Virus record (IMG/VR): IMGVR_UViG_3300037067_023527
Span: 32,001 to 96,000 of that record
Length of the DNA stretch: 64,000 bases
From: a virus
Taxonomy: Duplodnaviria > Caudoviricetes
Reading direction: 5' to 3' (one strand)
The position numbers were made by a program, and so were the translations under genes. Each line of letters opens with the position of its first letter. The stretch's first letter is position 1. This document shows, one piece after another, positions 59,701 to 64,000 of this stretch. The notes under the pieces were generated by a model. It had not been told where the DNA came from, made no database searches, and was given only the letters and a program-made list of their open reading frames with translations.

Positions 59701-62700
59701 CCGATCGATGCCGAATCTTTGTTGCAGAAGATGCCTCCGGAAAACCTGGAGGCTCTTGTCCAGAACGGCACAACCGATGAAGATCTCAAAGCCATCATTG
59801 GGAAAGCCTTTGGCATGCGCGGGGGATGGGGCAATGAAGATGAGGCATTGCCGATTGTTCGTTACAGCGGTGGCCCGCATCCGTTCTTCAATATCAAAAA
59901 GCCTCACACCAAAGAAGAAGTGAAACTCACCGGAAAAAATCTGGTTGAGGCATACCGGAAAACCTTCGGCATACCGCAAGTACAGACTCCGGCCGTGGCG
60001 GAAACCACAGTAACCCCTGAAGCTACTCCGGTAAAACCAAATGGAACAGAAGATGATGGAACTAGTCCGTTTGGTTTTGGGGTCCAAAAGATTGCCGGAA
60101 AAATGCAATTGGCTCTCAGCAAAGAACAGATCGAATCGCTCAAGAAAATGCCTGTAGAAAGAGCGACCCAGATTGTTCAGAATCGAATCGATCGCGCAAT
60201 CGAGTTGGGATCGAACTATCAGGAAAAACTTTCTGATATCCTGCAATCTCTTGCTCCACCAGAAATTACTCCTGCCCAAGTTCCATTTATGATTACAAAA
60301 TTGGATCGTCAGTCATTATTGGATCTCGGGTGGACCAATAAGCAAATTGACGGAATGACGCCCGCCGATGCGCAGACATATCTGGCTCAAAACCAGGGTC
60401 CAGAAGCGGCCACGCCGGCACAAAAAGAAGTAGTTCCAGAAGAATTCGGACAGGCTCCGGAGGCACCAGGGCCTTTGACGGAAACGCCTGTCGTTGAGCC
60501 GGTCGCAACTCCGCCGGCAGAAGCTTCCGATGTTAGACTCGCCAGAAGGATAGCGGAGCATCTGAAATTGGGCGCTGGCATCGATAAAAATGTCTTCTTT
60601 ACCTTTGCCGATGAAGAGTATGGCGGCACCCGGGCTGAAGGCAAGTATGGACCCAGCGAAGCATACGACGCTCTGGAACTGGGCATCAATCTCTACATCC
60701 AGGGGATGGATGATTCTGGTTGGCTCAATGCGGATCTTGAAACTGCGCATAAGACGATCGGAATGCTGCAGGACCTGCAAGCTGATATCGTTTCCCAAAC
60801 AAACCGATCTGGCAATAAGGAATTGCTGCAGCAATTCTCCACCCCTCCGGCCTATGCGTATGCGATCTCCTGGATAGCCAATGTCCAGCCAGGTGATATC
60901 GTCGCCGAGACTTCCGCGGGCACAGGCGATATCGCCCTGCAGGCGCAGAAAATGGGCGGAGAAGTTCATGCGAATGAAATCGATCCTCGCCGGGCGGCGT
61001 TGCTCGAGCAGATCATTCCGAATGTTACGCAATATGATGCGGAACAGATCGGCAACATCCTCCGGAACAAATTAAAGCCGACCGTTGTTGTGATAAATCC
61101 GCCATTCAGCCACGCCGGAACGAGAATGGGCGGCAAGAAAGTCATCGGAATCGATCGGAATCATATCGACGCGGCTTTATCCCTTCTTCAGACGGCCGGC
61201 AGGCTTGTGGCGATTATTGGGGCGCCGTTGCAGGGCGGAGAAACCCTTGGCATGTCGGAATGGCTCGAAAAAACAAGATCAAAATATAATATCAGGGCCA
61301 ATGTCCAGGTTGGCAGGGATGTCTACAAGGGTTATGGCACCACATTCCCGACCCGAGTGCTGGTGATTGACAAAACGGGATCCACGCCCGAGGGGTCGAC
61401 AATAACGAGCAATGTGGAAAATCTCAGTCAGTTAATTGACAATTTAGAGGGAGTGCGCAATGAACGAAAGCCTGCGCCAAAGCCAAGTATTCAAGGCGAA
61501 CCAGTCGCCGCTGGGGCAACTGACGTCCAAGTGCCTGGAACTGCTCCAGGCGGAGGACCCGGACCAATACGTACTGTACCCGTTACAACTGGTCCAGTCG
61601 ATGTTGGAGAACCATCAGGACAGCCTGCCGTTGCTGGTGCGCAAGAACAGGGAATTTCTCCTGAGCCAGGCGGACGTAATGTCGGACTGGGACCCCAGCC
61701 TGGTGCTGGTGCAACTCCTGCAGCCGGAGCCGGGGGAATCGTTGGAGGAGAACGCGAAACAGGCGGCAAAGAGCCTGCAAAACAAGAGCCCGGAGCAGGT
61801 AGGGGAAATATTAGCGGAGAACCTTCTGTTCAGCCTGGCGAAAGGGCGGCCGAGTCTGTTGGGACCGAGCCCAGAGCAGTAGCTCCCCAAAGAAAACTGG
61901 ACGAAAATGTAATTTTCGATCCTTACACTCCCACCAATGTCACCCTAAAGGGAGCGCAGAAACATCCGGCCTCCGTCGTTGAGAGCAGCACGATGGCCGC
62001 AGTCAATTTTCCCAACACCAATTACGTTCCAGACATTCCTGAAAGCCTCATAGCCACAGGAGCACTCTCTGATATCCAATTGGAATTTATCGCCTCTGCC
62101 GGAGACAACCATTCCAGACTGATGCCCGATGGAAGCCGGTATGGAATCTTGCTGGGTGACGGCACCGGAATGGGGAAGGGACGCCAGCTTGCGGGAGTAA
62201 TCCTGGATAATTGGCGCCGGGGAAGGCGCAAGGCCATCTGGATTTCCAAAAACAAAAAGCTTTTTGATGAGACTGTGCGCGATTGGCGTGATCTGGGACA
62301 AAATGATAAACAGGTTTACAACATCAGCAAGTTCGGCGGTGACGCCGAGATCGACATTGATGAAGGGATATTGTATTCGACCTATGACACCCTGAGATCC
62401 TCATCGAGAAATGGGAAAAGCCGGCTTCAACAATTGTCAGACTGGCTGAATAAAGGAGATAAAGAGTTTGACGGCGTGATCGTTTTCGATGAAGCGCATC
62501 TGATGGGAAGCCTTTCTTCTGAGCGCAGCGTAGCAGCTCGCGCGCTTCAGAATACATTTCCCAAAGCCCGCATTGTGTATGCTTCAGCCACTGCAGCAAC
62601 GGAGATTGAGAGTTTGATTTTCGGGCAAAGATTGGGCCTGTGGGGCCCAGGAACTCCTTTCCCAACCGTGGAGGAGTTTGCTGCACAAATTGGCAGCTCT

Positions 62701-64000
62701 GGGGTGTCGGCTATGGAGGCAACCGCTCTTTCCTTGAAAGCCATGGGGCGCTACATGGCTCGTTCCATCAGTTTTGATGACGGCACAGATGAGGGGCGCG
62801 TCGAATATGAACGCTTAGAGCACAAACTCACCGGCGATCAAACATTGATGTACGACCGAATGGCGGAAGCATGGCAATCAGTTATCGGAAGGATCGAATC
62901 GGTTCTTAAAGAGACCAAAGCACCCGGGCAGGCCCGCGGGCGGGCGCGGGCAAATTTCTGGTCAGCGCATCAACGCTTTTTTAATATGATGCTGACCTCC
63001 ATGCAGATGCCGGCCGTGCTGGAGCGCATAGAGCATGATCTTGCCTCAGGAAACTCCGTTGTGCTGCAGTTGACCAATACGGGTGAGGCTGATCAGGAGC
63101 GCGCCGTTGCCAACAGGGATCCAGAGGAAGATCTGGATGATTTCGCTATTGATCCTTTTGACACCCTCGTTAATTTGGTTAGCGATCATTTTCCAACGCA
63201 AGCATACGAGGATTATATAGGAGCCGACGGGAAAGTTAGAACCAGGGCAGCCTATACGGGGGGATACCTAGATGGAGTTCCTCAAGGAGAGCCGATTCAA
63301 GATGCGGCCGCGGTCGCCGCTAAAGAGGCTTTACTGGATGATCTGAATAGTATGAGCGCGCTCATGCCTGAGAGTCCGCTGGACATGATCGTGAATACTT
63401 TTGGTTCAGATAGGGTGGCTGAAGTAACCGGGCGTAAACGGCGGTTCACCTGGGAGACGCAGCCGGATGGAAGCCGAAAGCGCGTCGAGCAACGCCGCAC
63501 AAAGGAATTATCCAACAAAGCGGAAATAAACGCCTTCCAAAATGACAAGAAACAGATTCTTGTGTTTTCTGAAGCTGGGGGGACCGGGGCAAGCTATCAC
63601 GCCGATCGCAGGGCGGTGAACCAGAGGAAAAGAGTCCATTATCTGGTCCAAGCGGGATGGAGAGCAGACAATGCCATCCAAGGTCTCGGTAGAACGCATC
63701 GATCCAATCAGAGACAAGCCCCAGAATACGTCCTTGTTCACACTGATCTTTCTGGGCAAAAGAGATTCATCTCCACCATCGCGCGCCGCCTGGCTCAGTT
63801 GGGTGCGTTAACCAAAGGGCAACGCCAGGCCTCTGGTGGGGGAGTCTTTACTGCAGCGGATAATCTGGAAAGCCAGGAGTCGACCGATGCATTGCGCCAA
63901 TTCTTTATTGCGCTTAGAAATGGGGATGTTCCTGATATAACTATTGATGATTTTGAGGCCCAAACTGGACTGCAGCTTCGTAACGAGCAAACCAGGAATC
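56767..64000 (+). CDS. giant DarB-like polyvalent protein (N6-MTase-like + strawberry-notch SF2 helicase), >=2411 aa, truncated by window end
   Basis: QFSTP, SAGTG, NPPF (61096), GDGTGMGKG (62155), DEAH (62488), SAT, QGLGRTHRSNQ (63679); no stop seen in this frame and the ORF track has no + ORF in it. Confidence 0.88.
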   Translation, partial: MATNPAIAPQDDPWEKIKAKDVYLNPEFYKLDRDTRAYITSKVVPDWQKWDEPTRNATIDAPLTYWQEYYKPAPPPEEPSFFSKAAGAVKNVLNEFALSQGEAAKERSLAALPQDFGQPPDIDEEIKKQKEARKPKAKFDPEGSGYDYEAARSAGLNMDETGHWPSRDPKTGLILKGRAHETWSKTEEGERQAGYQIYKKNGRYYSKPINIPAYNDQIIAEQAEKLNDELGEISFNLKERGKEIDSLLPTVDRANPQSVEYFNTKVNEYNGLITQAKERKSKLDPLLATGYKLKRSVWGASVNIPGGVPVIDRRTETEKLPLETAAPKTKTGLKPGETAEISEDVIAPDLANYQAMPDGTFIDRRPNSQGKHDTVKLIGGQPYRVIEPPEKTAEERVMQINIDRITNGQAPLPIPTSRFGNAVMSTMKGFAEGLPANFKSIAAMGHLAQYAMNPQIDTIAATGIAPEPPRLEDSWLWQAAQAIQDKIDAGLPVNPAFQNEFWASMVPQGLGSTAYFMTVGALSSRLGINPLLSTAGGGALVQMGPMYEEAYLSGAPPLELFATALAGIGLGASEAIPINKALKRFDDVTGGFASRFIKNRMRKALEGGIQGFAEEFLQEFSQNIGQDWVSSATTRRGIPTDLDKTYGLPQNLNRPPAKEMNIKEDFMQGLAGGVSGAAMSALMATLGVSNFRNRIRQAYKQSVDNLQMEMRDQRVPEEEVRLRIGLLRAQEKQLIRRLERQADELDKKADNKVKEWEKLTGTKAVMVLDPESGSVISINNKADYDRAKESQENEAPPAPPAAAAPVVPEEAAPPAPPAVTPETPAMTEEQIQQQVSTGEEKIRQEAKRVADQKTDEAFAAAREKWNKLKGEMGQLFEGAAPAVQPAQKEGPAGMETPPLSPEQEAFHGWLNTVSPSEKAESVGQYQDWVKETLPEELRPYAPSYLRAQAHFAEGLIGTEGMAEWAAKEAQRIQVEAAKPIDAESLLQKMPPENLEALVQNGTTDEDLKAIIGKAFGMRGGWGNEDEALPIVRYSGGPHPFFNIKKPHTKEEVKLTGKNLVEAYRKTFGIPQVQTPAVAETTVTPEATPVKPNGTEDDGTSPFGFGVQKIAGKMQLALSKEQIESLKKMPVERATQIVQNRIDRAIELGSNYQEKLSDILQSLAPPEITPAQVPFMITKLDRQSLLDLGWTNKQIDGMTPADAQTYLAQNQGPEAATPAQKEVVPEEFGQAPEAPGPLTETPVVEPVATPPAEASDVRLARRIAEHLKLGAGIDKNVFFTFADEEYGGTRAEGKYGPSEAYDALELGINLYIQGMDDSGWLNADLETAHKTIGMLQDLQADIVSQTNRSGNKELLQQFSTPPAYAYAISWIANVQPGDIVAETSAGTGDIALQAQKMGGEVHANEIDPRRAALLEQIIPNVTQYDAEQIGNILRNKLKPTVVVINPPFSHAGTRMGGKKVIGIDRNHIDAALSLLQTAGRLVAIIGAPLQGGETLGMSEWLEKTRSKYNIRANVQVGRDVYKGYGTTFPTRVLVIDKTGSTPEGSTITSNVENLSQLIDNLEGVRNERKPAPKPSIQGEPVAAGATDVQVPGTAPGGGPGPIRTVPVTTGPVDVGEPSGQPAVAGAQEQGISPEPGGRNVGLGPQPGAGATPAAGAGGIVGGERETGGKEPAKQEPGAGRGNISGEPSVQPGERAAESVGTEPRAVAPQRKLDENVIFDPYTPTNVTLKGAQKHPASVVESSTMAAVNFPNTNYVPDIPESLIATGALSDIQLEFIASAGDNHSRLMPDGSRYGILLGDGTGMGKGRQLAGVILDNWRRGRRKAIWISKNKKLFDETVRDWRDLGQNDKQVYNISKFGGDAEIDIDEGILYSTYDTLRSSSRNGKSRLQQLSDWLNKGDKEFDGVIVFDEAHLMGSLSSERSVAARALQNTFPKARIVYASATAATEIESLIFGQRLGLWGPGTPFPTVEEFAAQIGSSGVSAMEATALSLKAMGRYMARSISFDDGTDEGRVEYERLEHKLTGDQTLMYDRMAEAWQSVIGRIESVLKETKAPGQARGRARANFWSAHQRFFNMMLTSMQMPAVLERIEHDLASGNSVVLQLTNTGEADQERAVANRDPEEDLDDFAIDPFDTLVNLVSDHFPTQAYEDYIGADGKVRTRAAYTGGYLDGVPQGEPIQDAAAVAAKEALLDDLNSMSALMPESPLDMIVNTFGSDRVAEVTGRKRRFTWETQPDGSRKRVEQRRTKELSNKAEINAFQNDKKQILVFSEAGGTGASYHADRRAVNQRKRVHYLVQAGWRADNAIQGLGRTHRSNQRQAPEYVLVHTDLSGQKRFISTIARRLAQLGALTKGQRQASGGGVFTAADNLESQESTDALRQFFIALRNGDVPDITIDDFEAQTGLQLRNEQTRN
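61460..61882 (+). CDS. probable nested overprinted gene (+1 frame), 140 aa
   Basis: RBS GAGGGAG 6 nt upstream of ATG; GC3-biased codons in this frame; host frame here is a P/G/A linker. Confidence 0.6.
   Translation: MNESLRQSQVFKANQSPLGQLTSKCLELLQAEDPDQYVLYPLQLVQSMLENHQDSLPLLVRKNREFLLSQADVMSDWDPSLVLVQLLQPEPGESLEENAKQAAKSLQNKSPEQVGEILAENLLFSLAKGRPSLLGPSPEQ

Noticed and set aside
1-64000. CRISPR array or stop-codon reassignment
   Set aside because: No regularly spaced repeat-spacer units; genes are intact under the standard code and no suppressor tRNA was found

Overview
This window is part of a tailed dsDNA phage genome (podovirus-like, P22/T7-type virion with ejection proteins). Essentially all credible genes lie on the + strand. 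About 1-25.7 kb is an accessory region of small genes: acyl carrier protein, radical SAM, DUF5131, DUF1643, ASCH-like, ART-like, RlaP-like nucleotidyltransferase, Acb2/Tad1-like, adenine and cytosine DNA methyltransferases, HTH and C2H2 regulators, KTSC, and five tRNAs (Met, Ala, Pro, Ser, Asp). About 26-56.7 kb is the morphogenesis module: terminase, portal, basic proteins, scaffold, a major capsid gene split by a group I intron carrying a LAGLIDADG ORF, decoration protein, adaptors, a glycosyltransferase, fibers, a nozzle with a jacalin-like insert, a GNAT and ejection proteins. From 56767 to the window end is a giant DarB-like ORF (MTase plus strawberry-notch helicase) that is missing from the ORF track and hosts a probable nested +1-frame gene. 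The most notable unexplained signal is a 13-bp palindrome, TGTACC(C/G)GGTACA, scattered every ~4-11 kb across the window, mostly inside genes. All family assignments are by motif recognition and counts are by hand; no searches were run.
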